Shown here: positions 22,774 through 32,574 of the stretch, piece after piece | Position numbering within the stretch: the stretch's first letter is position 1 | Layout: every line of letters begins with the position of its first letter | DNA from: an uncultured Acidobacteriota bacterium | Lineage (GTDB): Bacteria > Acidobacteriota > Terriglobia > UBA7540 | Length of the DNA: 64,000 nt | Direction: 5' to 3' | Assembly: GCA_963804995.1 (NCBI GenBank) | Contig: CAWDSK010000005.1 | Span: forward strand, 1,216,001 to 1,280,000 | The notes under the pieces: model-generated | The model's input: only the letters and a program-made list of their open reading frames with translations | Databases searched by the model: none | What the model was told of the DNA's origin: nothing | Translations under genes and position numbers: made by a program

Positions 22774-24609
22774 ATGGTAAGGAAGGAAGACTGCCTACGA
22801 GCTGTTAAGGCCTTCCGGGCAAAGCAGGGCATCGAGGCGAGTGACGACAATGTAATCGCCTCGATTCACCTCATGAATGCCCATGGTCTCGACATTGCCG
22901 CCGCTCTGGACCAGAGCTCGAGAGCTGGTGACGACCATGGAATCGACGCTTGGCATTACGATGATGCGAATCAGGAGCTCTTCATCTACCAAAGCAAGTT
23001 AAGCGAGAGCAAAAGCTTGGTGCTGCGAGGTTTGGACGACCTCGACAGAGCCCGACAGTGGCTTGAGCCTGTTGTCATCGATGGGGCGGTGGAAAAGGTC
23101 CCCAGCGATAACCACTGCCTATTCACCCTTTACACCCACTTGGCCGGCGTTCGGGCGAATCTGAGGCGGATTCGCTTCGCCCTTTTATCCCTTTTCGACA
23201 GGAACGAGCTTGAGGACACTGACGACTACGGCGAGTTCGAAAAAGCAATCATCGGCTCTAGGTTAAACGAGCATGTGAGAAGCAACCTGAGGGGGAAACT
23301 CGTCATTGACGCCATGCAATACAACCTTGAGCAAGGCGTTCCAGCCAAGGTAAAGGTTTATCCGATCTCTGTCATCCCAAATGCACGCTTATGCCTTAGA
23401 AGGACCGCTCACCTGGATTTGGCGTATATCAGTCTCTACGATCTCGTCCAGCTATACCGGCAAAGGGGGGACGTTTTGTTTGACAAAAACGTGAGGCTTT
23501 CCTTGATCGGCAGTAAGGAGGCTCGCCAGCGTCTAGTCCACCCTATGGAGGAAACCCTCGACCTCATCACCTCCGGGAAGCTCAATCCGAACATTTTCCC
23601 TTTTTATCATGTAGGTGTAACGATTGCCGCACCGGCTTCCGCACCCGAAGATTCGGACGTGCTCGGGTTAGAAGCGCCGAGCATCATCAACGGTTGTCAA
23701 ACGCTGGCAATCGCCAACGAATACTTGAAGCGGCTAGAGAGAGCCCAAAGCGATGGCGAGAGGATGCGACTTTTCAGAGACATAAAGGTCATTGCTAAAG
23801 TGGTTGTCGGAACATCTAATGAAGAGCTCAAGGAAATCACCAACTCGAATAACAGACAGAACCCGATCGAGAACTGGCAGCTTTTCTCAAATGAACCCCT
23901 ACATATCGAGATCGAGGCAGCCCTGAAGGAGATAGGGGTTTTCTACGAGCGCCAAAGAGGGAAGTTCGACGCAGTCATGAAGATCGCGGACAACGCCCAA
24001 CACTACTACGCGACGAACGGCACTTTCATTAAGGTCGTCGATCTTGGCCAAGTCGTTGCATTGTCCAGGGAGAATCTCCAATGGGCAGCGAAGCCCTCTG
24101 AGATTTTCCTCAATAAAGACAACCACGACAAAATATTTGAACGCTCAATCCCGAAGTATGGCCGTGACATTATTTTCGTTTCAAACCTCTTCAAGGCAAT
24201 GAAGAGGGCGCTTGATAATTACTTAAGCATGCCTGCTTACGCCGCCGACGGGGCCGCGCAGAACATCTTCAAGAAACAGATCGTCCGAATGCATGTCTTC
24301 GCTCTCGCCCTGCTACATTTCTATCAGAGCGATAGGCGTCGGGCTGTCCGGACGGACTTCTCCCACCGGCTGAATAAGATCGCGAGCCCCAACCTGACCA
24401 CGGAGATAGAGACCTTCTACCGACAGGTCATAGCCAAGGTCAAGAATTGGTACTTGACCGAATCCAATGGTCTCACACAAGAGGTATCCAATAGAAAGCT
24501 AGATGTTTTTTTCCAGCATTTGGCCGTTGAACTTGGTGTAGACGCCATCGAGGGCGCGAGACCGTTCTCTTCAACAAGTATAAAGTGGGCCGAGCACCAA
24601 GAGGCATAG
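22774..24609 (+). CDS. AIPR family protein (abortive infection phage resistance)
   Basis: N-terminal DHGIDA...IYQSK nuclease-like motif; NVRL, IINGCQT and NSNNRQN AIPR motifs; RBS GGAGG. Confidence 0.85.
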   Translation: MVRKEDCLRAVKAFRAKQGIEASDDNVIASIHLMNAHGLDIAAALDQSSRAGDDHGIDAWHYDDANQELFIYQSKLSESKSLVLRGLDDLDRARQWLEPVVIDGAVEKVPSDNHCLFTLYTHLAGVRANLRRIRFALLSLFDRNELEDTDDYGEFEKAIIGSRLNEHVRSNLRGKLVIDAMQYNLEQGVPAKVKVYPISVIPNARLCLRRTAHLDLAYISLYDLVQLYRQRGDVLFDKNVRLSLIGSKEARQRLVHPMEETLDLITSGKLNPNIFPFYHVGVTIAAPASAPEDSDVLGLEAPSIINGCQTLAIANEYLKRLERAQSDGERMRLFRDIKVIAKVVVGTSNEELKEITNSNNRQNPIENWQLFSNEPLHIEIEAALKEIGVFYERQRGKFDAVMKIADNAQHYYATNGTFIKVVDLGQVVALSRENLQWAAKPSEIFLNKDNHDKIFERSIPKYGRDIIFVSNLFKAMKRALDNYLSMPAYAADGAAQNIFKKQIVRMHVFALALLHFYQSDRRRAVRTDFSHRLNKIASPNLTTEIETFYRQVIAKVKNWYLTESNGLTQEVSNRKLDVFFQHLAVELGVDAIEGARPFSSTSIKWAEHQEA

Positions 24610-24659
24610 CAGAAGCCCCTCTGTGCAATGCGCGTGTTGTCATGCCTCATTGCGCGGCG

Positions 24660-25305
24660 GGGCCATAAGGTTGCCGAAGCCGCCTTGCGGAAGAGTATCT
24701 TGATTGGGAAAAAAACGGTCGTAGGAATCTAGCGCAATGTCGGGACGGCGTTCCATAGTTTCCGTCAGAATGTGCGCCCCCATCTTGCGCGCCAAGTTAG
24801 CAGGAACGGCTTCGTTGAAGAAGAACCAAATAGGCCCGCCTTTCCCTGACCGCGAACGCTCCAAGGCTACCGGCAAGTTCATCTGGCGGCAAGTTTCCAA
24901 GAACGTAGCGGCATCGTCTTGCCACGCCGCTTTGTCGAAATCGGCCGCCAGGAAGAAACAGGTTTCATCCAGAAGCATTGGATAGAGGCCCATAACGAAA
25001 TCACGGCCCTGGTTGTCTTGACCTCTCAGGTGCCACCGAATCGCATCGTCAGTTACGGGAAGAAAACGCTGGTGGGGGCATTCGGAACATTTGATTCTGG
25101 GCTTTTCGCAGATTCCCTGAACCCATTCATTGCCACACACCGGCGAATAGCCGGCCCTGCCCGTCTTGCGGCTTTCGAAACGGCGCGGGTAAACATCTTC
25201 GCGCCCACGAAACAGGGAACGGAAGAGGGCGATCTTGGCCTCGGCGGGGGAACGTTGATTCACGCCAATGTGCGCCAAGTCAGGAAGCCGGACAGGTGTA
25301 TCCAC
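24660..25305 (-). pseudogene. TOTE-type archaeo-eukaryotic primase N-terminal fragment
   Basis: KIALFRSLFRGREDVY, GYSPVCGNEW, FLAADFD, ERSRSG, FPNQD..P.GGFGNL, then truncated. Confidence 0.8.
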
Positions 25306-25606
25306 AACCCTATTCTACATTCGCATCTCCCGTGGGGTTCAAGCACAATCGGATGCCCAGCGGAGCCACTGGCCGAAGTGGGGGTTGGTGTGTGCGGAGT
25401 CCATCACGGAGGATTTGCCCCGACAGCTAATCTGAGATGTCGTGCTCCTATTGGATACTGGCTACTCCATGCGGTGAATTGAGTGGTAAAGCGTCCGGGT
25501 TCCAACCCGAAGGCCGACCCGATGCTGAACGAATTCACAAGCACTTAACGGAGTTAGCAGCCCCCGTGAGCACCTGTAAGTTATGGAAACATCAATGGAC
25601 TGCGGA

Positions 25607-25644
25607 TTGACACGGTAGAGGTCTGCGGTTCAAGATCGCTCGCC
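25607..25644 (+). other. Degenerate 3' half of tRNA-Val(GAC); probable att-site remnant
   Basis: TTGACAC anticodon loop, GGTAG, AGGTC variable loop, TGCGG-TTCAAG T-arm; no 5' half. Confidence 0.6.
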
Positions 25645-25738
25645 TAGCATCTGCCAGCGAATGCGGCCCATGGATGCTTGAGAAGCTGAATTGCGGCGAA
25701 GGCGAGGCGCACGCGTGCGTGAGAACAGACATACGACT

Positions 25739-26538
25739 TCACCAAGAATTCAGTTCGTGCTTCCGATCCAATACGGACGCAGGCTTTTCCGAGACAAACG
25801 GGTCGATCCGGTCGGCCTGCTTTGTCGCCCACTCGATCCATGCCTTATAATGCGGCTGCTTCTCGGCAGACAAGGAACGGGTTTTCTCGGCATAAGCTGA
25901 AATGAATCGACGCAGCCGTTCCGCACGCTCCCACAGATCGACCCACTTGTTGAATTGCTCCAGCTTCTTCTCCTCTTCTTCGATGTCTTTCCGGAGATGC
26001 GCCCTCTCCTGCGCACGTTTTTGCTGTTCGGCCTCGCGCTTTTTGCGCTCCTCCTCTTGGCGCCGTTGCGCGACAGCGGTTCGCATCAGTCCGGCCACGA
26101 AATCCGCGACGTGGTTCTCGATCCGCTTGACTTTTGCGTCACTCCATCTTGCCCGTTGTTCGTAATGTACCCATGTCTCCGAGTGAATGACCAGCGCGAG
26201 CTTTCCCCCGGGTTCATGTGTCACGATTTCGTCGTAATCCCATCGATCGGTCGGATTGGGCACTCGCGGCTTCTGTGTAACGACTCTCCGGATTGGCTCC
26301 TCGATCCCGAAGGACACGTGCTCACCATCGATCAAGGCCGTTGTGCGGCCTTGCTCCGAGATTTCAACACTGGCGCCCTGCCGTTCCAGCACAGCCAAGA
26401 CCTGGGCCATTAGGAGCAAGGCACGTTCCAGCGTTCCCTCGCTCACCTTCACGTCAAGACCACTTGCCTCTCGCGGCAGGAGGATGCCGTGTTCATCCTT
26501 GCGGCTGCGACTTCGCAAGAGGCTTGCGGTGTGCCGAA
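25739..26538 (-). pseudogene. Hypothetical protein with C-terminal coiled coil, N-terminally truncated
   Basis: Long ORF ending WIEWA.KQADRIDP; its frame begins at the AbiEii break point with no RBS. Confidence 0.55.
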
Positions 26539-26922
26539 TCAGCGGATTGGGAATCGCAAGCCGTGTGCGGGCGCTCCCGTCGCTGCTTCTGTTGGTTCAC
26601 TGACTTGGAACTCAAACCAGTCGTCAAAGACAAGGGAAGCCACCCCTCGGAGATGGGCGGTAGTCTCTTCACGGGTCCAGCGGTTGGTTGCCGAAACGTC
26701 GATATCTTTGGTCGTTCGGGCCCGAGTGCCGAGCCGCAGTTGGAGAGCAAATCCGCCCTTGACGATCCATGCTTCAGGCTCCTTCTTTGCCAGCCGAGCC
26801 AAGAAGCGGTCGAACGCGACTATCTTCCGCAGGCGCGTCAATGGCTGTCCGCCTTCGAGGCTCTGTTGCCGAAACCGTTCTTCCAAGGCACGACGGAATG
26901 CCGCTGATGTTTTGTATTTCAC
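26539..26922 (-). pseudogene. abiEii: AbiEii nucleotidyltransferase toxin, truncated
   Basis: FDRFLARL, WIVKGGFAL...RTTKDID; only 127 aa. Confidence 0.82.
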
Positions 26923-27524
26923 GAATGATCTTTTGTCGATTTCGAATAAGACTTGATTAGACGGGCGGCCCGGCCTCCCCGATGCCTCACTTCAGCCGCG
27001 AGCGCTTGGCTCGTGGTGAGTCCGCGTTCGAGCGCTTCCCGTATGGCGCGGGCAACATGATCTTCAGAAAGCCCTGCCTTGGCCACATCGGCTATAGTGC
27101 GTGGGACTGAAGTAACCTGCAGCCCTTCGCGCTTCACGAGATTAGCAGGCGACAGGCGATTCGTGTGCAGGCGAAATCCCTTTCGTCTGCGCGAGGCGGT
27201 ACGTGGAACGGTGACATGAACTTCCCCAGGGAGGACGTCAGACAGGTCGTACAGGGCAAGGGCGCTTTCGTGCGAGATGGCAGACTTCGGGCCACACTTC
27301 AGCCAAGCCACAAATAGATCCTCGAATTGGGAAGAAGGAAATTGGGCCAGGCGATATACTCCATGCGCGACCCTTTGGAAGCGTCCATTTTTCGAATAAT
27401 CGCTCAGACGCTCCCCCGAGAAGCCCACCCTGGCCGCCTGACGAGCGGTGAAGTATCCTGCCTGCTGCTCCGCGAGATGATAGAGAGCATCGTGATCGGG
27501 CGTTTTCTTGGCCACGGTTGTCAT
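26919..27524 (-). CDS. abiEi: AbiEi type IV TA antitoxin / transcriptional regulator
   Basis: AEQQAGYFTARQA, RVAHGVYRL, ISHESAL, VTSVPRTIAD; 4-nt overlap with abiEii. Confidence 0.88.
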   Translation of the reverse strand: MTTVAKKTPDHDALYHLAEQQAGYFTARQAARVGFSGERLSDYSKNGRFQRVAHGVYRLAQFPSSQFEDLFVAWLKCGPKSAISHESALALYDLSDVLPGEVHVTVPRTASRRRKGFRLHTNRLSPANLVKREGLQVTSVPRTIADVAKAGLSEDHVARAIREALERGLTTSQALAAEVRHRGGRAARLIKSYSKSTKDHS

Positions 27525-27593
27525 TGTGTGCAAAACCTTCGGAAATACCTAAGTTTCTGCACACATTATGCCCGAATAAAGCATGCTCGTCCA
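27525..27593 (-). promoter_or_regulatory. abiE promoter with inverted-repeat operator
   Basis: TGGACG-N17-CATAAT on the minus strand; TGTGTGCA (27525-27532) / TGCACACA (27558-27565) inverted repeat between the -10 and the ATG. Confidence 0.65.
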
Positions 27594-27695
27594 GCCTGTT
27601 TAACGCCGCGTTTTCAGGTTTCAGAGTAGATTTATCTGGATCCTCGTTACTTCCTCTGCTGTCGTGGCCGCTGCCGCGCTTCTGGCCAGCTACAT

Positions 27696-28178
27696 CCCGT
27701 AGTATCCAAATACTGGATCCTTTTGAAAGCGCAGATGGATAGTGAATCCGCTGACAGCGGGTGCGGGGGTGTCATGACACTTTGCCGCCGTGTTACGCTG
27801 ACACGATGCGCCCGACGTTGGATTCCTTTCGACTGCTGCTGATTTCCCTCGCGGGCTGGCTGAACCCCCAGCAGCAAGACGTCATCGACTACCTCCAGGA
27901 AGAGAACCGAGTTCTTCGGGAACAACTCGGCGATCGATGGCTGCGCCTGAACGACGACCAGCGCCGGCGTTTGGCAGTCAAGGCCAAGAAACTGGGCCGC
28001 AGGGTGCTGCACGAACTGGCCACCCTCGTTACGCCGGAGACGCTCTTGGCTTGGTGCCGCAAGCTCATCGCCCGGAAATACGATGGCAGCCAGCAGCGTG
28101 GCCCTGGTCGTCCGCGCACCCCAAACGAGATCCAACAGTTGGTGGTCCGCATGGCCACCGAGAACCGCGCTGGGGGCT
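27696..28178 (+). mobile_element. Truncated second copy of the rve IS
   Basis: Near-identical to 18318-18800, breaking at GCGCTGGGGGCT. Confidence 0.9.
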
Positions 28179-28994
28179 TATGTCGCGACACCCATCGAGG
28201 TCGCAGGAGCTTATACGATTTTCGCCGATCGCGGTGAGTACGTCGCACCCCGGTGCATTGTGGCCGTCGCCGACGCCCACGGCCGCACCGTTTGGAACAA
28301 TCCTGTCAGCGCCCGCCGGGTGCTTGATTCGCGCGTCAGTTATTTGATGGTGAGTTTGCTCGAAAGCGTCATCAACAACGGCACTGGGGCAGGCGTGAGG
28401 GCCCGTGGCTTCAACCTTCCTGCCGCAGGGAAGACCGGCACTTCACATGACGGCTGGTTTGCCGGATTCACCTCGAACCTCCTCGCCGTGGTTTGGGTTG
28501 GCTACGACGACGACCGCGACCTGAAAATGACCGGCGCGCAGTCCGCTCTGCCCGTCTGGGCCGAATTCATGAAGCGGACGACTGAATTATCCCTTTACAA
28601 GACCTCACAACCCTTCAATAAGCCTGAAGGGATAGAGATGGCCGAGATTGACAATCTCACCAACCTTGTAGCGCTCGCCGATCCAATCTTGACGCACAGC
28701 GAGGTGTTCATTGCGGGTACGGAGCCGTTCCCACCCGTTCAGCAAGAACCAGCGGACATAGCTCTGGGGCCGCTGGGCTACCCCTCGACTACACTGGCGA
28801 GGAAGGAATCACCGCAGCGGGCGGACGGGATTGTCCTGATTTCCGACGCGCAGGGGCATAAGGTTTACGTCAATGGCGGAGACCTGCTCTCCCCCCGGCC
28901 CGAGCATCGGCTCGCGCCCGCTTGCCCCCACCCCGCCCTCGGTGGCTTGATAGGAATCGCAGGTGCGACCGACGCTCAAGCTTGTCCAAATTAG
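28167..28994 (+). pseudogene. Class A penicillin-binding protein transpeptidase C-terminal fragment
   Basis: [35 protein letters not shown]...VWVGYDD. Confidence 0.85.
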
Positions 28995-29034
28995 CAAATT
29001 CCACGAGCGGTCAGCGGGCTGGACCCTGGCACGC

Positions 29035-29075
29035 ATTCAGCCACTAAGTGGCTGAATTCTGGAGTTTGTACATTT
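29035..29075 (-). repeat. 41-bp inverted repeat, left end of the 29.0-39.7 kb cassette
   Basis: Reverse complement AAATGTACAAACTCCAGAATTCAGCCACTTAGTGGCTGAAT matches 39623-39663 at 38/41; contains the palindrome ATTCAGCCACT-N-AGTGGCTGAAT. Confidence 0.85.
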
Positions 29076-29174
29076 CGGATGTGGATTTCGCCGCCTCGGC
29101 CCCCATCACGGCCCACCCCAGAAGCGCGGTTCGGGCGTTTCTCGTCAAAGTGAATTATATCCGTGCGGATCGTC

Positions 29175-30596
29175 TCATCGTGCTCTTAAGAGCGCGCTCG
29201 AATCCGGCCGAGTACCAGTGACTTCAATGCCGTAGGTATCGCCAAGCGCGATTAGTTCCGGAAACTGACATTCGGGGTGGCAGGGTTTGAACTCTGGAGG
29301 TTCCATGTGGCTCCCGACGAAGTGGTAGAGTTGCGCCCCTGGGTTGGACAGATTCAATGGGGCCAGGGTCAGCGCAAGCATTTGAAGCATCTGCATGCTG
29401 GCGCAGGACATCGAAAAAGCAAAAACGTTCTCTCGGACTTTTAAGGGATGGTCGTTAAGCAAGCCTTCAATGTAAGTGGGGTCGTCGAGGAACCCCTCGC
29501 GTTCGGCTTGAACTAGCCCGGGATCGTACTGCCGGTGGCATTGCAAGCAACGGCGTCCGATTGTCGCTGTGTGCGCTTTCCAGTCGGCTGCGACCAGCTT
29601 CCCGAAACGATTGGTTCTGACGCCGATTCCGCCGTCAATGACCGGTATCAGGTGAGCGTAGGCGATGAGGTTCAAGACGTAGCGGCCCCATGGTCGATCC
29701 ACACACGAAAAGATAACATCACTATCGAGCGCAGCGCGAAAGCCATCTTCCTCATAGACGGCGGCTGCAACGGGATCAGGGCGGAAGCGCTTCGTCGTTG
29801 CCCGCGCCGATAGATGCTCGGTCTCAACGTCGACCTTGAGGCGGCCAATGTCCTTTCGGGTGGCATAAACCAGCCGGTCCAGGTTATGCCGTTTGACATG
29901 GTCGAAGTCAATCAAGATTATGTTTTCGAAGCCGGTGCGAGCTAACGCCTCAGCGACCATACCGCCGACACTTCCGGCACCCACGATCGCGATTCGGAGC
30001 CGGACAAGATCAGTGTGTGCCTGCTCACCCCATGCAGATACGGTTCGGACCTGCTCCTCACTGGATTCTGGGGGCCTTGCCAACCTATCCATGTAGGTAA
30101 CCATAAGGCGCTCGCCGACTATACGCACAGTGGCGCAGTGCCGCCGCAGGTAGGTCCGAGGGGCGCTCCGCTCCCAGAACCTGGCGCTCCAGGCGCCATC
30201 GCCGGCCAAGGTTAAACCTACAAGCGGAAGCCGCGTGGCGCCGAAGACCGCAGGGGCGAGACTCTGCTCGGTTGTGATGTCATCGAAGCTCATCCCCTGC
30301 CACTTGATTCCGTTGGGATGGCTGTGCATGAGTGCAAGCCCACCAGCTTCAGACGTGGCCTCAGCTAGTGCCCGCTGAAAGAAGACCGTCTCAAGACTGG
30401 CATTGCCGTGAATGTTGCGATCTCCGTTGCCTGGAAGAATGAGACGTTTGACCAGCGCGGTTTTCCGCTCCCGTCCCCTGCTCGGGCACCATATGGCGAA
30501 GCAGAGGTCTTCCTGACCGTCCCAGCGTAGGAGGTGGTCGCGAGCGACTTGATTGATCGCCGTTGTCATTGCGGAACTGTGTGCGGCACGGCTCAT
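29175..30596 (-). CDS. JAB-peptidase + ThiF/E1 fusion (BubCD-like)
   Basis: N-terminal QE...HSHP...S..D JAB motif; GAGSVG, DFD.VKRHNLDR, SCVD, CLQC and C-terminal CHPEC; ATGA-coupled to the upstream gene. Confidence 0.88.
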   Translation of the reverse strand: MSRAAHSSAMTTAINQVARDHLLRWDGQEDLCFAIWCPSRGRERKTALVKRLILPGNGDRNIHGNASLETVFFQRALAEATSEAGGLALMHSHPNGIKWQGMSFDDITTEQSLAPAVFGATRLPLVGLTLAGDGAWSARFWERSAPRTYLRRHCATVRIVGERLMVTYMDRLARPPESSEEQVRTVSAWGEQAHTDLVRLRIAIVGAGSVGGMVAEALARTGFENIILIDFDHVKRHNLDRLVYATRKDIGRLKVDVETEHLSARATTKRFRPDPVAAAVYEEDGFRAALDSDVIFSCVDRPWGRYVLNLIAYAHLIPVIDGGIGVRTNRFGKLVAADWKAHTATIGRRCLQCHRQYDPGLVQAEREGFLDDPTYIEGLLNDHPLKVRENVFAFSMSCASMQMLQMLALTLAPLNLSNPGAQLYHFVGSHMEPPEFKPCHPECQFPELIALGDTYGIEVTGTRPDSSALLRAR

Positions 30597-31414
30597 TGGG
30601 TTTCCCATAAGGAATAGATGTGGCTCATATAGGCAACCGTCGTCTTCTTGCTGGTTGCCCAGTCTGGGTATGGGCGCGACCAGTACTCCCAATCTCCGCC
30701 CGTACCCTGCTGGAAGGCTCCTGACTGCGATTCGTGGACGCCTCCTAGCGGATGGCCAACGTCGGCGGCGGGGTGAGCAGGATAGATACGTGGGGAGACG
30801 TGGGGACCGGTCGGTGTAGTCATGGGAAAATCGGACGGCACGACGAAGCCTAGTCGCACCGAGCGGCCGCTGAAGCGACCGCTCGGAACGGGGTAATCAA
30901 GAACGACGTGGTTGGGTTTACCCTGCAGAAGCTTCGGGTTATATCCCATTGCGCGTAGCCCGTCCAAAAAGACCTCGACGCCAGTGAGGATCGGACCGTA
31001 AGAAACGGGTTTCGGCCCCGTGGAGACGATCTGAAAGTTCATGCAGTTGTGCATTTTGATTGGCACGCCGCCTTTACCCTGGTAACTCTCGGTATGGCCG
31101 GCAATGATCTGAACGAGATAGTGGTCTGCAGGGTCTTTCTTGCCGAACTCCACAATGATTTGGTTCGGGGTAAGCTCGTGTTTTGTTGTCTCGCAGGGCT
31201 CACCGTCAACTTCGAAATGAATTTCCTGGTGGTGGTGCTCCTCTGCTTCGTGAATCTCTTGCGCTGCCGCCTCAATTTCACGTGCGGCGATTTTTTCAGC
31301 TCCTTGCGCGGCTGTCAGATCTGCTTCCGCCTGCTGTAAGTGCGCCTCTGCCATCTGGAGCTCAGTGCGTGTATCCCGGCCCTCATTCCTGCTAACATCT
31401 TGATTTTCTGGCAT
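30593..31414 (-). CDS. Coiled coil + ubiquitin-like (multiubiquitin) + E2/UBC-like fusion
   Basis: Ala/Glu heptads; IHFEVDGE...LTPNQI...YLVQ...F..VSTGPKPVS beta-grasp; then VPSDFP..P.GPH...WEYWSRP E2-like domain with no Cys; RBS AAGGAG. Confidence 0.78.
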   Translation of the reverse strand: MPENQDVSRNEGRDTRTELQMAEAHLQQAEADLTAAQGAEKIAAREIEAAAQEIHEAEEHHHQEIHFEVDGEPCETTKHELTPNQIIVEFGKKDPADHYLVQIIAGHTESYQGKGGVPIKMHNCMNFQIVSTGPKPVSYGPILTGVEVFLDGLRAMGYNPKLLQGKPNHVVLDYPVPSGRFSGRSVRLGFVVPSDFPMTTPTGPHVSPRIYPAHPAADVGHPLGGVHESQSGAFQQGTGGDWEYWSRPYPDWATSKKTTVAYMSHIYSLWETQ

Positions 31415-31479
31415 GTTATTCTCCTTTTTCGTACCGGTGGTAGACCCGCCTTCAATACTCAATCGGTTTGGCCGGAGTT

Positions 31480-31501
31480 TTTCGGCCACCGGTGGCCGAA
31501 A
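31480..31501. promoter_or_regulatory. Perfect 22-bp palindrome in the divergent promoter region
   Basis: TTTCGGCCACCGGTGGCCGAAA. Confidence 0.7.
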
Positions 31502-31556
31502 TTTCTTGGGTCGACCGACTAACTATTAGGGGTGTGACTTTCGGTTACTGAAAAGA

Positions 31557-32159
31557 ATGGCGGCAGGCACTTCACCTCGGAACCCGGAGACGATCGATTG
31601 GCGGCTGCTGATGAAGCGACTGCATGGAGCTGCCGTTCGCCTCGTCGGCAGCAGCAACCGTTTGATCGATTGCGGGGGATCCTCCGCGAAGGACCTCGTT
31701 TCCGAGGTGCTTGAAGAGTTCTTTAACTCTCCGAATGGATGCGGCTGGGATGGCACCGAGGCTGGGTTGACCCGATTGCTGTGCAAAATGATTGAATACA
31801 GGTTTATCGACCACGTACGCCGTGACGGCAAGGTCGCGATCGACTCCGAAACCCCACTTGCGACCGCGATATGTCATGATTTAGGGCCCGACGAGCAAGC
31901 AGCCAGCGATCAACTGCGCAGTAGAATGTTCGATGCTGTGAAAGGTCACCCGAAGGAAGCCGAGTTACGGGACTTCATCCAAGCCGCGGCGATGATTAGC
32001 GATGGAAGTATGGTTGATAAACAGATGGCAGAGTTGCTCGAAATTAGGGTGGGCGAAGTGCGTAATCGTAGAAAGATGCTCCGGCGAATCGCCAGTATTC
32101 AACAGCTCGGAATTATTATGTTAGGCGGACCACATGAAGACAAAGAAGGGCAAGCATGA
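31557..32159 (+). CDS. ECF-like RNA polymerase sigma-70 factor
   Basis: Region 2-like SAKDLVSEV...WD...L..LLCKM..YRFIDHVRR; region 4-like MAELLEIRVGEVRNRRKMLRR. Confidence 0.7.
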   Translation: MAAGTSPRNPETIDWRLLMKRLHGAAVRLVGSSNRLIDCGGSSAKDLVSEVLEEFFNSPNGCGWDGTEAGLTRLLCKMIEYRFIDHVRRDGKVAIDSETPLATAICHDLGPDEQAASDQLRSRMFDAVKGHPKEAELRDFIQAAAMISDGSMVDKQMAELLEIRVGEVRNRRKMLRRIASIQQLGIIMLGGPHEDKEGQA

Positions 32160-32574
32160 GGCACTCGACCGCCAGTTGAAAGCGCTGTTCGGCGATCCGT
32201 TGTCGGTCGATACCTCGGAACTCGACAATATCAGCGAGGAAACCGGCGACGGTTCCGATCTCGTTCAGATCGCGTACGACCTTGCCGCTCGCGCGGCCCA
32301 ACAATCTCGCTTGGAAGGTAAACCCGTGCCGCCGCATGTTCAGACGGCTCTGGCTCAGATTAAGGAAGCCAACACGTTGGAAGGCGCGACTTCAGCCGAG
32401 CTTGCTGAGATCGTGGACTGGGTTCTGAAGCCGTTTCGCGGCCCGACTGAGAAGCTCGCGTTCAATCATCATCGGTTGACTGATAAGTCGGAGAAGGATG
32501 AGCGGCTGTTGCAGCAGTTGGGTGAGGAGGTGAAACAGGACTGGACAAAGGAGGATGAAAGTGAACGCGGTTGA
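32134..32574 (+). CDS. Small soluble protein, candidate anti-sigma / IrrE substrate
   Basis: 146-aa helical ORF overlapping both the sigma and peptidase genes; function inferred from position only. Confidence 0.6.
   Translation: MKTKKGKHEALDRQLKALFGDPLSVDTSELDNISEETGDGSDLVQIAYDLAARAAQQSRLEGKPVPPHVQTALAQIKEANTLEGATSAELAEIVDWVLKPFRGPTEKLAFNHHRLTDKSEKDERLLQQLGEEVKQDWTKEDESERG

Noticed and set aside
29175..30596. ThiF/MoeB cofactor biosynthesis gene
   Set aside because: Fused to JAB, coupled to Ubl-E2, and no thiamine or molybdopterin genes nearby.
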